From Octopus sinensis (Eukaryota), in NCBI RefSeq assembly GCF_006345805.1, contig NC_043004.1, positions 20,894,001-20,958,000 on the forward strand: 64,000 nucleotides of DNA. The letters are read 5' to 3'. A program made the translations under genes and the position numbers. The notes below the pieces were generated by a model that saw nothing but the letters and a program-made list of their open reading frames with translations, was not told where the DNA came from and searched no databases. Below, one piece after another: positions 49,746-64,000 of this stretch. Position 1 is the stretch's first letter, and every line of letters begins with the position of its first letter.

Positions 49746-51491
49746 TGAACAAATACAAGGCACCCATGATTTTGCCAATTCACCATATGAGTTACTAAAC
49801 TATAACAGTATAAAAAATATACATCTAACTAAAAAACAGAATAATCAAAATCAAAATTTGGAAATAGTTGAATCAGTTTTTGTGTCAATGCTTTTCAGCT
49901 TTTTGACAAATATCTATTCCTTCTAAGTATTGACGTAGCATATATATCACATTTATAGATATATCACTGTTTGTAATGTAAATGAACAAATATTGGCACA
50001 GACTATATAGCAGAAAATGGCCAGTGGAACTTCACCAAATATTGTTAAATGTTTAATTATATAAATAATTCTAATCTTTATTTGTGCAACTTGCACATGA
50101 TTTCCAAATATTTTCTAAATGTGTCTTCTGGTCTTCCTTCAGGCCGTACATTTCACCTCACTTCCATTGCAACAATATAACAAAGTGTTTAGCATTCATC
50201 TATAGAAGCAACAATATACTAACAGAGTCAATAAGAGGAACTTTTATATTGTCACATAAGCGACGAGAAAAACTGCCGAGTCTCTCTCATAGCATGCCTT
50301 AAAGTATTATTAACAAAAAAGTGACTCATTTGATAGTTCTAGATAGACATTGCAAAAAATAAGTTTTAGAAAGTAAAAAATAAAATGATATTGTCACAGC
50401 AGGAAATCTTTGATCATAGACCAGCTCAGTCGAGTCTGACCTGGGATTAAACACTAACAAAAATGGCAATAACAACAGCAGTATCAACAAAAATAACCAC
50501 AAGAATGAATAAATATATGAATTGCTTTTATGTTTTTACAAGTGAATGGATTAACTGAGCCAGAACTTGCCATGAAATGCAATTCATTCACTTAATTTCC
50601 AACACTCAGACACACATATACATACACAGTCACTCAAATACAGGCTTACATATTTGCTTGCACACTCATGCACGCACACATACACATTTATATAATTCTT
50701 GTGAAATTTTAGATTCACAGGAATTTAGTTTTATATATGGTTTAATTAATCAGTAAATGGCTAGGTGAAATAATTTGTTACACTAAAAACAAAAAACTAT
50801 ATTCTTGAGATTCTTTTTCATTTTCAACATAACCATTGATATTAGCTCGTTTCTAGCTAAATTCTGAATTACTGTAGTTATTGTGGCCTACAATTTTTTT
50901 TTTTTACAGAGTGAAGTGTAATTGATTAAACAATAGTTTTTAAATGACTTTACAAAATAAAGTTGAAATATTTTTTTTTTTTAAATTAATAAACAATCAT
51001 CAATTTTTTCTGAGGATGATGATGATGTTGATGATGATGATGACAATAGAAAAGTTACATTCATCTTCAAATATAGAACCTGAGGGTATTTTAATTTGAA
51101 AATAACAAGATAATGTAATAACCCCAAGTGATTATCTATATGTACATCTGTGTGTGTCAGCATTTGCAAAGTATAAACACACACACATGTAATTCTTTAA
51201 GAATCCATAAGTCAGAAAAAATATGCACTTGTGTATCTATCAAGTGAATGGGTATATTAATCAAAGTGTAGGGTATTATATATCCATTATGGCTGATTTT
51301 GCCACTCAGTTTTGCACTGGGTACTAAAACCAATTGCTAAGTAACTGCACAGTTAATATTGTATGCCCTTCAAAGCTAGAAGGTAAGATTGGCTGTAATG
51401 GATATATAATACTACATACATTGACTAATATACCCACTCTGTCGACAAATATATGAGAACATATTTTTTCTGATTTATTGATTCTTGGAGG

Positions 51492-51720
51492 ATGCGTGTG
51501 GCTTAGAGGTTGGGGTCTTAGACTCATGATAAGATTGTAGTTTCAATTACTAGACCCTGCAATGCTGTGTTCTTGAGCAAAACACTTCATTTCATGTTGC
51601 TTCAGTCTATTTAGCTGGAAAAAATTTGTAATCTTGCAATGGACTGGCGTCCCATCCAAGAGGAATATATTTGCCACAGAAAGCAGGAAACCAGCCTTAT
51701 GAGTCTATATGACATTGGGA
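51492..51720 (+). mobile_element. SINE family 4 (degenerate)
   Basis: gcgtgtggcttagaggttgggg...gtagtttcaattac...cttgagcaaaacacttcatttcatgttgct matches 44473. Confidence 0.6.
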
Positions 51721-52426
51721 GGTGCTTTAATCATTTTATTCCTTTTAGGGATTCTTAGATGACTTACATGCTCCCTTGTACTGTAGAGCATGTTGCAATA
51801 GGTTGCCTATGTCTCATGCTTTGTAGCTGCTATCCCTAGCAGTGAGTTCTGCGTAGTTATCAAAGACTTGCCAATGATATGGTTTTATATGCTCAAAGAC
51901 ATCCAGCAAATTGCATCTCACTGCTATCTACTTGAAGTTGCCACTTTATTTGTTTGTTTGTTTTTTGTTGAGTGAAGCGGTCTTCGTCCCAGAGCTCGCA
52001 AGATCGCGCCTCAGGATTGTCTGTAGTGGGAGAAGTCCGAAACGTGGTCCTTTGCTATTCATAAGACCCACAGAAGAGAAATCAGGTCAACCCCCAACAC
52101 CGACAGATGGATGAATGTGGATCCAGGCTCAGCGGTTGCATAGGAAGTTGGAGACAAGAAACAGGAAGAAAGAGTGAGAGAAAGTTGGAGTGAAAGAGTA
52201 CAATAGGGGTTGCCACCAACCCCTGCCTAAGCCTCGTGGTGAAGCTGCTGCTGGAGAAGACAATAGACCTAGTGAACAAGATGGAAAGTCTTTTCCTTTG
52301 ACCATGCTGACAAAGACAGAACACTTTGGACTGAAATCCATGAAATTGCCACCTAAGATAAAAAAATTAAAGGCCTTTGAAAATTGGACATTATATCTTG
52401 CTGAAATTTTGTAAAGTAGCACTCAC

Positions 52427-52518
52427 CATATTTTTACCACAACAACTAGCTCTGATGAGTATATGGTACCATTTAACCAGGATGTTATCTAACATCTGGT
52501 TTTGATCAGCTTCAATAC
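52427..52518 (-). CDS. Candidate internal exon (92 nt)
   Basis: Consensus donor atg|GTGAGT; single open frame IEADQNQMLDNILVKWYHILIRASCCGKNM; weak acceptor (aattatatAG). Confidence 0.3.
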
Positions 52519-52554
52519 CTATATAATTCTGTATACTTTGATATTCTCTTATTC

Positions 52555-52985
52555 TTTTATTTGTTCCAGTCATTTGACTGTGGCCATGCTGGAGCACCAC
52601 TTTTAGCTGATCAATTCGACTTCAGGACTTATTCTTTGTAAGCCTTACTCTTTCAGTCTCTTTTGCCAAACTGCTAAGTTACGGGGGGATGTAAACGCAC
52701 CAACATTGGTTGTCAAATGATGGTGGGGGGACAAACACAGACACACACATACACACACACACACAGACACACAGACACACACACACACACACACACACAA
52801 TATATATATATATATGACGGGCATCTTTCAGTTTCTGTCTACCGAATCCACTCACAATGGTTTGGTTGACCTGAGAGGCTATAGTAGAAGACACTTGCTC
52901 AGGGTGCCATGCAGTAGGACTAAACCTGGAATCATATGGTTGGGAAGCAAGCATCATACCATACAGCCATGCATGTGTCTATTAA
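52555..52985 (-). mobile_element. SINE family 1
   Basis: Homology to 1811-2213. Confidence 0.85.
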
Positions 52986-53037
52986 CACAGCCACATCTAA
53001 GAATAATTTCTTCAGACAGCCTGTTAAGCCTAAAAGA

Positions 53038-53600
53038 GGTGATGACAAGTGACCAAAACCTCTGGTGATATGCTATACATGAAGAAACTCATCAGACCAA
53101 ATGAGGTTGTAGTTGTGGCCATGTCGGTGTCATGCAAATGGTACCCATGAAATCGTAGTCATGGCCACTGCTGGTGCCATGTAAACAGTGCCTGTGAAAT
53201 CGGAGTTGGGCTGTCACTGGTGCCTTGTAAATGGCACCTGTGAATTGTAATCATGGTTGTTGATGGAGCCATGCAGATGGCACTTGTGAATCGTAGTCAT
53301 GGTTGTTGCAGGTACCAACCATATGGAGGGCACCCATGAATCATTGTGGTTGTTGCCAGTACCATGTAAATAACACCTGTAACTCCTAGTTGTGGTCATT
53401 GCTAGAGTTATACAAATAGTACTCATATCTGTAGCATGTAAAAGTACCCATTACACTTCTGGAGTGGTTGGTGTTAGGAAAGGCATCCAACCATAGAAAC
53501 CATGGTAAATCAGACTGAAACTTGGTGCAGCTCTCTGGTTTATCAGTTCCAGTCAAACTGTCTAACCCATGTCAGCATGGAGACTGGACGTTAAATGATG
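53038..53600 (+). mobile_element. RTE-LINE 3' end with diverged ~45-bp internal units
   Basis: MTSDQNLW*YAIHEETHQTK* ORF end, tandem units and a standard 3' terminus. Confidence 0.8.
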
Positions 53601-55099
53601 AAGACAAGTCAGATAGTAAATGGATATGTTTTTTGCAAAAAGATATGAAATTTACAAAGCAACTGTTCTCATATATATGTATACTAAGATGAAAAGATAG
53701 ATGGACAAACAGACAGAAATGTGTGTTTGATTATATATTTGCTGATTTCAAAGCATTACACATTATTCAACACTTAGTGTTTTTGCTTTTCAAATATCTC
53801 ATCAATCATCAGTCATTCCCTAATATAAAACATATTACTGAATGAAACAAATGTTTAAATAAATAATCAAGCAATAAAGGGAAATGATAGAAGAGAAATA
53901 AATATCATATTCAATGAACAATTTTTAAATAAGTCTATTAAAATAAAATTATTTCTTGAAACATTACTTCTATATGGCTAAATATAGTAAAGTCTACTCA
54001 AGTGATTTTCACAGTTATTGAAAATATATATAGCGCTAAGTACAAACATATAAATTATATAGATATACACATCATGGGTAACTTTATGCTTCATGTACTG
54101 ACAGGTTCAATAGATCTTTTATTTATACTGCAATCATATATTTACTTGTGGGACACAAAACAGAAAATGTAAACACTTACAGTTGTTGAACCACATATCT
54201 GTTGTCTAAAGGATGACCATAATACTGCTTACATCAAAATCTCCTGAACAACTAAAGCTCTCAAAATTAGTGCTTATTGGATAAACTAACAATATTTGCC
54301 TCCTCTTGTGTCACATAAGTGTTGTATTACATGTTCATACAAACCCTCAAACACACATTCTTTCTCTCTAGCTTCATACTCATATGTGTACACATATGCC
54401 ACACAAACAATGTAATAAAATAAATGTGATCTAGTATTTTGAAATGGAAATCCATCTGAGTCTGAGGTAGTTATCCAGAAAGTAGATTAATGGGGATACA
54501 AGTTGGTTTCAGTATACTCTTCTCCAAGCATCAGCACGAAGAAGAATATATTCAAATTTATAACAGCACCACAGACAATAAATTTCTCAATAAAAATTAT
54601 ATTAGATTCATATGGAAGAAATAAAGGAAAGAAATGTTTGTTGTTTAGGTCTTATTTATCCTTCATTGGAAAAGTAAGACAGAGAAAAAGACACGAAAGA
54701 CAAAAAAAAAAAATGTAAAAAAAAAAGTAGATGAATTAATCTTTGCACATTTAGAATATAATCTTTTCGAGTCTCGGTGGAAGTGAGGAAGGAAGAAAGT
54801 GGTTTTTACTTAGGTGAGATTGCAAATGGTGATGATGTTGTTGGTATGTGTCAACTAATTTATGTTGTGTAGTCTAAATGTTGACAGGTGACTATGTACA
54901 CATAGATTTATGTCTAAGTGCTTGTTGTTGTGTGTAAAGATACAAGAAATGTATTACTTTAATAACTTTATCTTTATTTCTGCTTAAATTTCATTTTATA
55001 TATTTTCATTATAGCTAGTAATGGTATACCTCACACATACACATAACACCATCATTACCACTTATGTTTGTGGAAGACAGAGATGGAAAAGGTATAAGT

Positions 55100-56400
55100 G
55101 ATTGGTGGTGTGTCATCATCTATGATTCTATGACCCAACTCAATCTTACTCCTACCATGACCTTCCTCCATTTATCCCTCTTCACACTATTACTTGTTAT
55201 CAATTCTTTCCTTTCCTTCAGCCCTGAAGCCATAATTATAATTTGAAAACCCAGTATCAATGTATGTTCCAATACCTTACATAATATGAATACCCCTTCC
55301 ACTATCTAAGTCCAAACTGCTCTCATTCACACCCATAAGTGAAGTTAAGTTAATTTTTTGGCTCAAAAAGCAAAAAGCAAGGCCATGTAGGAGGACATGA
55401 AGTTATGTACAGGGAGGGTGTTCATGCAAAGAGTTCAGGCCATTTCTGGTCAAGAGAAACTTTGAACCAAGCGGTCATCGGCATCTTCACTATCTCGTCC
55501 AGCAGCTTATTCCACGGATCCACAACCCGGACAGAGAAAGCCCCTCTCCTTCGATTGAGATGAAATCGTCGCAAATAGAGCTTTTTGGAGTGACCCCGCA
55601 GCCGATGCTCTGGAGCAAGAGTGAAGAACAGCTCTTTCGTGAGATTACACTTTCCGCTTATGATGTTGTCAGCAAGAATGAGATCACCAAGGCAGTTGAC
55701 TACATGAAGCCCTTTCCTCTTGCCTCTGCCTTATAACTAATCACCATGCTTTTCCTTTCCTTTACTCTCACGCTAACTTATTTCTTCATCATACAACACT
55801 TCTGACTTCTCTAATCCAAGCTCATTATTCGCCACCTTACTGGTTCATCTCCCACCCCATTTAAGGGTGGCTGCAATCTGCATGACTTACTGGTTTCCAG
55901 TTCTTAATCCATCCCTCTCAGTCAACAGATCTCTTTTTCCTGATTCTGCACTCATTGCCTCAGATGACCACTTTTACTAACACCACTACCCATACCAGTC
56001 TTAACAGTTAGACTTCTTATATCACAAACCAGTTTTCTTGCATCTCAATCAGCCTCATATGCTGTCTAAACTGCTTATTATCCTTGATGTCTAACTCAAT
56101 AATGAATCACTTGTTAACCATCAATTCTGCTTATTGGACCAACTTCATGTCTTACCATCACTCACTCTCCAAATACATTCTTCCTGCTTTGCAAACTTGA
56201 TGCACAAAACATTCTTGTTTTTCTGCCCCCACCCCCACTCTCTTCTATTCACCTTCTTACATCTTGAGGGCTCACTTTGCCATCTGCCTAACACCACCTT
56301 CTTTTCTCTTTTGAGCTCTAACCCATTTACTGCCAGCCACTCATAAAATGGCAAAGTAGGTGTGTAACTCCTCTGCAGTAAGAAGTCTGTGCCTACCTGT
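55100..56400 (+). mobile_element. Possible old Penelope-like element remnant interrupted by CR1
   Basis: Loose similarity: LFTLLLVINSFLSF (RT), CNLHDLLVSSS and ITNQFSCISISLICCLNC (GIY-YIG region). Heavily decayed. Confidence 0.35.
55323..55690 (-). mobile_element. Young CR1 LINE 3' fragment
   Basis: Uninterrupted GDLILADNIISGKCNLTKELFFTLAPEHRLRGHSKKLYLRRFHLNRRRGAFSVRVVDPWNKL; (TTAAC)-type tail. Confidence 0.85.
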
Positions 56401-56541
56401 TCTTTGAGACTTTAACCTCTCAACATCTATATATATAAAACTGTCTTCCTCTCTATTTTAGTCCCACTCAGTTGAGAAGCATCTTAGTCTTGCAAGGTGA
56501 CAATCTCAGGATTATAATCATCCCCTCAATCTATCATCATC

Positions 56542-56682
56542 ATCATCATCGTCGTTTAGCGTCCGTTTTCCATGCTAGCATGGGTTGGACGGTTCTACTG
56601 GGGTCTGTGAAGCCAGAAGGCTTCATCAGGCCCAGTCAAATCTGGCAGTGTTTCTACGGCTGGATGCCCTTCCTAACGCCAA
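56542..56682 (-). mobile_element. RTE-LINE 3' UTR fragment
   Basis: Matches 6412-6580. Confidence 0.8.
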
Positions 56683-57030
56683 TCTATGTCTATATATATA
56701 CATATAAATGTATATAATCACAGTAATCAGACAAATGGTCATATAAAGCTCTGAGTAAAAGTTTATGAAGATTTTTCAGCTTTAATAAAAGTATATATGT
56801 GTATGTATGTAAGTATGTATGTATGTGTGTGTATGTGTGTGTGTGCATGTGTATGCACATATGTGTGCACACACACACGCATACACTCACACACACATAC
56901 ACACACACACACACATCTTGTTGAAACTGAATGCTTATCTCATGACTTGAGTTTTATACCACTGTTTCATCAACTCACACACACATTATTCATTCAACCC
57001 AATCCTATATTTGCATATAAACATAACGCG

Positions 57031-57065
<35 letters not shown>

Positions 57066-57396
57066 CACGCGTGTGTGAGAGAGAGAGAGGGAGAGTGTGT
57101 GTGTAGCACTCAATTGATAAAGAATACTTAAAAATATATTGGGAAAAAATATTTGTTCAAATAAAGTAACATTTGTAAAATTAATTATATAGATAGATTA
57201 CAAATTAATTAATATTGTTAAGAAAATATTTATCATTATAAAAAAAAATACAGCATTTCTATAACAACTAATTAAATTGATATTTATATAGCATTTATTT
57301 AATATCATGAAATATTGTGCAGAAGAAATTAACTGGTGTGAGACTTATAAAGTTCTGTTGTTGATTTGACTAGTCCTGTTCCAGCAAATATATGGT

Positions 57397-57609
57397 TAAC
57401 TCTTAGCATTTAAACCAGTTATTTCTGGCCCCGATAGTCTACCTGTTTTATGTTTGAAATGGCTGATCCACCCTCTCCCACCTATTCTACAATGTCATTC
57501 TAAAAATAAATTCTCACTTCTTCAAAATCTTGAAGCTACATGATTAATTATTGAAAGTGTTGATAGATAAGCATTGTATTTGATAAATTAATCTGAATGC
57601 TAAAGATTA
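57397..57609. mobile_element. Degenerate piggyBac-type MITE
   Basis: ttaactcttagcatt...aatgctaaagattaa: TTAA-bounded imperfect TIRs. Confidence 0.5.
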
Positions 57610-57864
57610 AAAGCATTCCAGTCATGATCATTGAGCCAGTTTTGGTTTTTTAGACATAGTGGAGATTATAACCCCCAAAACAAAATTTGAGTAGTGAGTA
57701 CAAACCCAGATCAACAGTTTTTTATGAACAATGTCATTTTATTTTCACTCTTAATACCAAAACAAATACACATATATGTTATATTTGCATATTAATCAAA
57801 TCAGATATATATTCAATAATGGAAAAATAATGTTTTAAATCAGTCCAATAAAGATTTCAGGAGG

Positions 57865-58110
57865 ATTCTTTTATTCTTTTACTTGTTTCAGTCATTTGAC
57901 TGTGGTTGTACTGGAGCACTGCGTTAAAGGGTATTAGTCAAAGAAATTGACTCCAGGACTTATTCTTAGTAAACTTAGTACTTATTTTATTGGGTTTTTT
58001 TTGCTGAACCGCTTAAATTACGCGGACATAAACACACCAGCATCGGTTATCAAGCAATAGTTGGGGGGGCCAAACACACACGCACGCACACACACACACA
58101 TATGCACACA
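57865..58110 (-). mobile_element. SINE family 1 tail half
   Basis: Homology to 1811-2040. Confidence 0.8.
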
Positions 58111-58142
58111 CATACACATACATACATACTTATGTATATATA

Positions 58143-58983
58143 TTGGGTCATCCTATAAATAATGTGGTTTTTCTAATTGCATGAACTAAAAGTCAGAGGG
58201 GAACAGGATAAACTACCTGCATCAACTTGCTATAAAAGCTGATAGTAGTTTTACCTTTTGCTTATTTGTAGTTCAATTTTAACAGTTATGTTTTCAAAGC
58301 TATAATGGAAGTGACAAAGGAGCATATTTGGCATATTTTGCTTTATGAGTTCCATAAAGGCAGCAATGCACTGGAAAGTGTGAGGAATGTTAATGCAGTA
58401 TATGGCGATTGGATAATAAGCACAAGCCAGTGTCAATGGTGGCTCCATAAATTCCAAGCCAGAAACTACAGTCTAGAAGACAAGCCTCATCCTGGAAGAT
58501 CTGTAGAGCTCAACAAGGATATCCTGCAAAACCTGGTGGAACAAAATCCCATTGTAACTGTTGAGAAACTAGCAGAGAAGCTTGGATTTGGTCATTCAAC
58601 CATTCAGCAACACCAGTGCTAGAAGAAAAACTACTATCTTAGGTTTCAAAACAAAAGGTGACCTTCCATCAGGATAATGCTCAGCTACATACAGCGAGGA
58701 TGACATTCCAAAGGCTGGAACAGTTTGAATGGGAAATGATGCCACACCCACCATATTCACCAGATATTGCCCCATCTGATTATCATTTATTCTGAAATCT
58801 TCAAAAACATCTAACAGAAAAAATATGAATTCTGTAGATGAGGTTAGAACAGCACTGATAGATGGAACAGCATTGTAGAAAATGAAGGAGAGTATATATT
58901 AGATTAAAAAGAACTATGTTTATCATAATTTTGAAAAATAAAAGAAGTATAACAAAACCTGCATTATTTATGGGATGGCCTAA
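58143..58983 (+). mobile_element. Mariner with central deletion (same family as 2562-6401)
   Basis: TIRs ttgggtcatcctataaataatg / cattatttatgggatggcctaa; MEVTKEHIWHILLYEFHKG...GFGHSTIQQH; FHQDNAQLH...PPYSPDIAPSDYHLF. Confidence 0.9.
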
Positions 58984-59834
58984 TGTGTGTGTGTGTGTAT
59001 GTGTGTACACTGGAAGTAATTAGAATTTTGGATAATTCTTTATTAGCATTTTCATCTTATTCATTGAGACCCATCACATAAGTTTTACAGAAAATTTCAT
59101 TGCCTTTTATACAAATCAGGAAGAGGTTGTTTTTTTTGTTTTGTTTTGTTATCTATATGTGAGTATATGTAAAAAAAGAGAAGAGAAAAGAAGAAAGAGC
59201 AAGAGAGAGAAGAAAACAAAGGAGAATAGAAAAGAAAAAAGAAAGCAGAAAAAAAATCTTTTTTTTTTCTGAGAGTAAGGGGGCTGTTTTAATCCTCTTC
59301 TATGAGAGAGGTTTTATTGTTATGTCATTATTATATTATTTCATCTGAAAATGTAGCTTAGGACTGGACCATCATTGCTAAAAAACTACCTTCAGTTTGG
59401 TCAAGAACGGATTTAATGAGGAAACCTAGAACTGCTTGCAAGTAACTAAAAGTTGACCATAAGAATATATTCACCCACTATCATGGATGAATGATTAACT
59501 TGTGTTTTGTTATAATTCAATATTTTCTTCTTAAATAATGACAAGCCCCCTGATAAATAACCTTAGCTGACCTCAGGGTGGTACTAGATAAAACAGAATA
59601 ATGTCTGTATAGTTGCAGTGGTTATAGCCACACCACTAGTTTTGGTGCAGGAGGAGATTCTAAATAATAAACATGCTTAAAATGGCATTTAAAAAAGAAA
59701 AAACAGTTTCTTGGTAGCATCATATAAGAAATCACCAGTAAACAGCTTACGGAAGAAATATTCCACAGCGCAAACTGTGTATAAGATGTAAATAATGTAA
59801 TGTGAAATGATCTAAAATAAGCTACCAATATTAC

Positions 59835-60056
59835 ATGTGTGTGTGTGTATGCATATGTGTGCATGTGTGTGTGTACGCATGTATATAAGTATATATACGT
59901 ATGTATATATATGTGTATGTATATATATATGTATGTATATATATATATATATGTATGTATGTATATGTATGTATGTATATGTATGTATGTATATGTATAT
60001 ATATGTATATATATGTATATATGTATATATATATATGTATATATGTATTATATATG

Positions 60057-60112
<56 letters not shown>

Positions 60113-60160
60113 TATATATGTATATATGTATATATGTATATATATATATATATATTGATA
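59835..60160. repeat. Compound (TG)/(TA)/(TATG) microsatellite
   Basis: Direct. Confidence 0.95.
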
Positions 60161-61486
60161 TCCAAGAGATAAATAATATCAAAATAATCATATTTTTCTG
60201 ATCTATAGATTACTTCGTCCCAAAATATCTATAGCAGAATATTTCTTCGGAATTTTTAGAACTAGATATATCATTATCTTACAATATATTTGAACAGTTT
60301 CTGTATAATCTTAAATTGTTATAATTCCAATCACATGCAATATGAATTTAATATTTTCTTCTACTATCCTGTTACTGATTTCAGTCATTGGATTGAGGCT
60401 ATTCTGGGGCACCACTTCCAAGGGTCTCAGTCAGTCATATCAACTCCAGTATATTGTTGCTATTACGGAAAAGTGTTGTAAGTCTAAAATGTTGCTTTTT
60501 CAGAAAGCGAAAGCATAATTTCACCATTACATAGCAAAACTGTTGTACTACACTTTGACAATTTTTGATATCTTGACCTCTGAAGCAGCTGGATATACAA
60601 TAGTTTGACCAAAAGAAATGGCATTTGCAGGCAAAAGTAAATATTGAAAGAATGCATTTGGCCAAATTTGGACATATGACAGTTTAACAAAATAGTAATG
60701 ATATATTTCAGCTTCATACTCATTTCATTGCTTTTTATCTAAATGCTAAGGTGTCCTCTTGACTGTTAGTAGTAACACTTGTTTACACAAGTAGATGGAC
60801 ACATCTAGACACGCCTACACACACATAATGGGTTTCCCTGCAGTTTCCAGCAATTAAATTGTGCTTTCAACGCATCAGTTGGCCTGCGGCTATGGTAGAA
60901 AGCACTTTCTCAAATTGCTCCACTGTGGAAATGAAGTTGGGTCCATACTGTTGTGAAGCAAACTTCATAACCACAAAAGCCTTAGACATACTCATATTTT
61001 CTCTGAACTATACAAATGTGGCAGTTTCTCAATTGATAGATTTTATATTCCATTGGACTTTTAGATTATTTTAAAGAACTTCATTTAGAAGTAAAAAAAA
61101 TGGAAATCTAAAAGATTTACTCTGATTTCAGATTATTTCATTTCAACTTTGATTTTCTCTTTGATAATCCTCAAATTAGGTTAAAAAAAAAACATAAAGC
61201 AAAGAAACATTTTAGTTTATCTTTTGCTTGCTTCAGTTATTTGAGTGTGGCCATGCTAGGGCACCACCTTGAAAGGTTTTAATTAGACAAAGTGAGCCCA
61301 GAACATTTTTATTAAGCGTAGTACTTATTTTATCGATCTTTCACCAAACTGATTATTTTGAAATTGTATGGATAATACTGTACTAAATCCTGGTGCCTCA
61401 ACTAAGTACCATATTCATCTGAATCTAAATTTTTGCTGAACTCATCTACCATACCCAAACAATATATATATATATATATATATATC

Positions 61487-62010
61487 AGTGGCATGTAAAA
61501 AGCACCATTTGAGTGTGATCGTTACCAGCGTCACCTTGCTGGCACTTGTGCCAGTGGCACGTGAACAAAATATTCGAGCAAGGTCGTTGCCAGTGCAGCT
61601 GGACTGACTCCTGTGCAGGTGGCATGTTAAAGACAGCATTTGAGCATGGCCATTGCCAGTACTGCCAGACTGGCCCTCGTACCGGTGGCATGTAAAAGCA
61701 CCCACTACACTCTCGGAGTGGTTGGCGTTAGGAAGGGCATCCAGCTGTAGAAGCTTTGCCAGATCAGATTGGAGCCTGGTGCAGCCATCTGGTTTGCCAG
61801 TCCTCAGTCAAATCGTCCAACCCATGCTAGCACGGAAAGCGGACGTTAATTGATGATGACAACAGGCTTCTTTCAGTTTCCATCTACCAAATCCACTCAC
61901 AATGCTTTGGTCGGCCCAAAGTTTTAGTAGGAGACACCTGCTCAAGTTACTATGCAGTGGAACTGAACCCAGAAGCATGTGATTGGGAAGCAAGCTTCTT
62001 ACCACACAGT
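61487..62010. mobile_element. RTE 3' UTR (+, 61487-61860) abutting a SINE family 1 head (-, 61862-62010)
   Basis: Homology to 34120-34573 and 2050-2213. Confidence 0.8.
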
Positions 62011-62280
62011 TATTTCTTGTATTTCAGTTTTTTTTTTACATTGGTTCACTAAAAAAAAAAAATTATTGGCGAGAATTATCAAACTTTGACACTAACTACG
62101 ACATCCAATTTCATTTTATCAGAAGATTAATTATACAATGCAGATGGTGTCTGCAATATACTTAGTCTTACAACGAATATGTTTTTCTATTTTCTTTTTC
62201 ATTATTGCTATTATTTTTGGTGTTAAAATCATATCTAGTCAAAATCACAGGATCAGGAAGTGGGTTGTTATAATTTCTGA

Positions 62281-62360
62281 TCTCTTTCATATCTCCAAGT
62301 TCCAGGATAGCAAAACATGTTCTCTTTCATATCTCCAAGTTCTAGGATAGCAAAACATGT
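62281..62360. repeat. 40-bp direct tandem duplication
   Basis: tctctttcatatctccaagtt(c/t)... unit twice, one mismatch. Confidence 0.85.
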
Positions 62361-62714
62361 TCTCTCTTCTTCAGATATAAATACTTTGTATATATTTCTT
62401 TACAAAAATGTGCTAATATTTATAATAATTCTAATAAAATGTACTATAAATCTTCATTTCACTCTGTAGGTCAGAGTAACATAACATATTATACATAACA
62501 GACTGTTTATAATATGAGATCACAGATAACAGCTCCTCTGACCCTGAGGGGGTTCTAAGATAACTAAATTTATGATAGTCAGATTATTGAACACATTAAC
62601 TTTGGTGTTTAACCAAAAGCAGACAAACTAGTTGAACTAATATATTTACATTAACAAAATGGAATGCATCAGAAGTTTGCCTATGAACAGTAAGTTTTGG
62701 AACAGGCAGACTTA

Positions 62715-62723
62715 CATTTATAC

Positions 62724-62800
<77 letters not shown>

Positions 62801-63035
62801 ATATGTATATGTGTATATGTATATATGTATATGTATATGTGTATATGTATATATGTATATATGTATATGTATATATGTATATATGTATATGTATATATGT
62901 ATATAAGTATATGTATATATGTATATATATATGTGTGTATATATATATATATATACACACACATTTATATATATATAAATACATTATATATGTGTACATA
63001 CACACACACATATATATGAATATACATTTATATAT

Positions 63036-63082
<47 letters not shown>

Positions 63083-63083
63083 G

Positions 63084-63135
<52 letters not shown>
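62715..63135. repeat. Long compound (TA)/(TATG) microsatellite
   Basis: Direct; source of the YIYI ORFs. Confidence 0.95.
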
Positions 63136-63137
<2 letters not shown>

Positions 63138-64000
63138 CATCATTTATCTATCTATCTATCTCTTCACCTCACTCTCACTGTATATATCTATATCTATATA
63201 TATGTGTGTGTGTGTGTGTGTGCGTGTTAGGACAGTATTTGATTGATGTAAGGGAAAACCAAGATAGCTTAAACATAGAACTATTTATGTAATGTTTTAT
63301 GTCTACATACATTTAGTCTGTTTTACAGTTGATGTGTGATGTTGCTGCCAATTTTTCCATTTTTCCAAAAATGTATAGCTCTTACATGCATGTACATAAC
63401 GCACACACATACATACATACATACATACATACATACAGAAATATACGTACATATATACTACATCTATGGACAACTGCTTCGAAACCTCCAGCTACTATAT
63501 CTAGACTATGAATTCATATTCATACCAATAATATGAGAAGCATTAGGTTTTGTTAGTAAATGCTTCAAGGAAAATTTGGATAAACTGGGATTTTCAGAAA
63601 GAGAAACTGTCTGGTTACGAAGACTATACTAAAAAGGAGGGGTTAAAACCAAACCCTGGTGAACACCTATTTGTATTCCAAATTCCTTACTGAAATCATT
63701 ATCAATCCTTACTTTACTGAATATGGTGTGCTCTCACCTGCCAGTTTTCAACTCCTAATTTTCTTAGTGACTACCAGACTATAGATCATGGTAACAAAGA
63801 CGTTCACTAAATCAAAATTGCCTAATATAGAGGCTTATACTTGGCTCGACTCCTCTCTTGCATTTGTCTGTCTATGAAGAAAGCATCAGTGGTACTCTGA
63901 CCAGGAAAAAACTTCAGCAGTGTCTCATCTAAGTGTATTCTCTTCCTCATCAATTGTAGTAACCTTCTTTCAGCTACTTTCATTAGTTGTTCATCATACT

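Noticed and set aside
51995-52055. ctcagga...agtccgaaacgtggtc as a hammerhead
   Set aside because: The core is altered and no convincing helix I forms.
1811-62010. tRNA genes at A/B-box-like heads
   Set aside because: No cloverleaf or acceptor stem; each head continues into a multi-copy SINE body.
18839-63536. Long YIYI/MYVC/HTHT ORFs (e.g. 18941, 59837, 62659)
   Set aside because: Translations of microsatellites.

Overview
Eukaryotic, AT-rich, microsatellite-laden non-coding DNA. The repeat families (tRNA-headed SINEs, RTE-LINE 3' ends with (CAT)n tails, mariners, Penelope-like termini) suggest an Octopus-like cephalopod genome; this is inference, not a database result. Almost all ORF-track ORFs are low-complexity artefacts or transposon remnants. 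The remnants are mariner/Tc1, Ty3/Gypsy, RTE, CR1, Penelope GIY-YIG, Helitron PIF1, Chapaev3-like and hAT. No host gene could be named, although several short segments look like spliced exons of an unidentified minus-strand gene. Most notable observations: (1) at least six minimal type-I hammerhead-ribozyme-like motifs from four sequence families, three kinds of which lie in head-to-head foldbacks where only one arm keeps an intact core; (2) an exactly reconstructable nest of mariner > Gypsy > Helitron plus foldback at 2.5-6.4 kb; (3) two short segments apparently copied from neighbouring loci into unrelated repeats; (4) an apparently exact 551-bp tandem duplication bounded by (AT)n. All analysis was done by eye, and no ribozyme activity or transcription has been shown.
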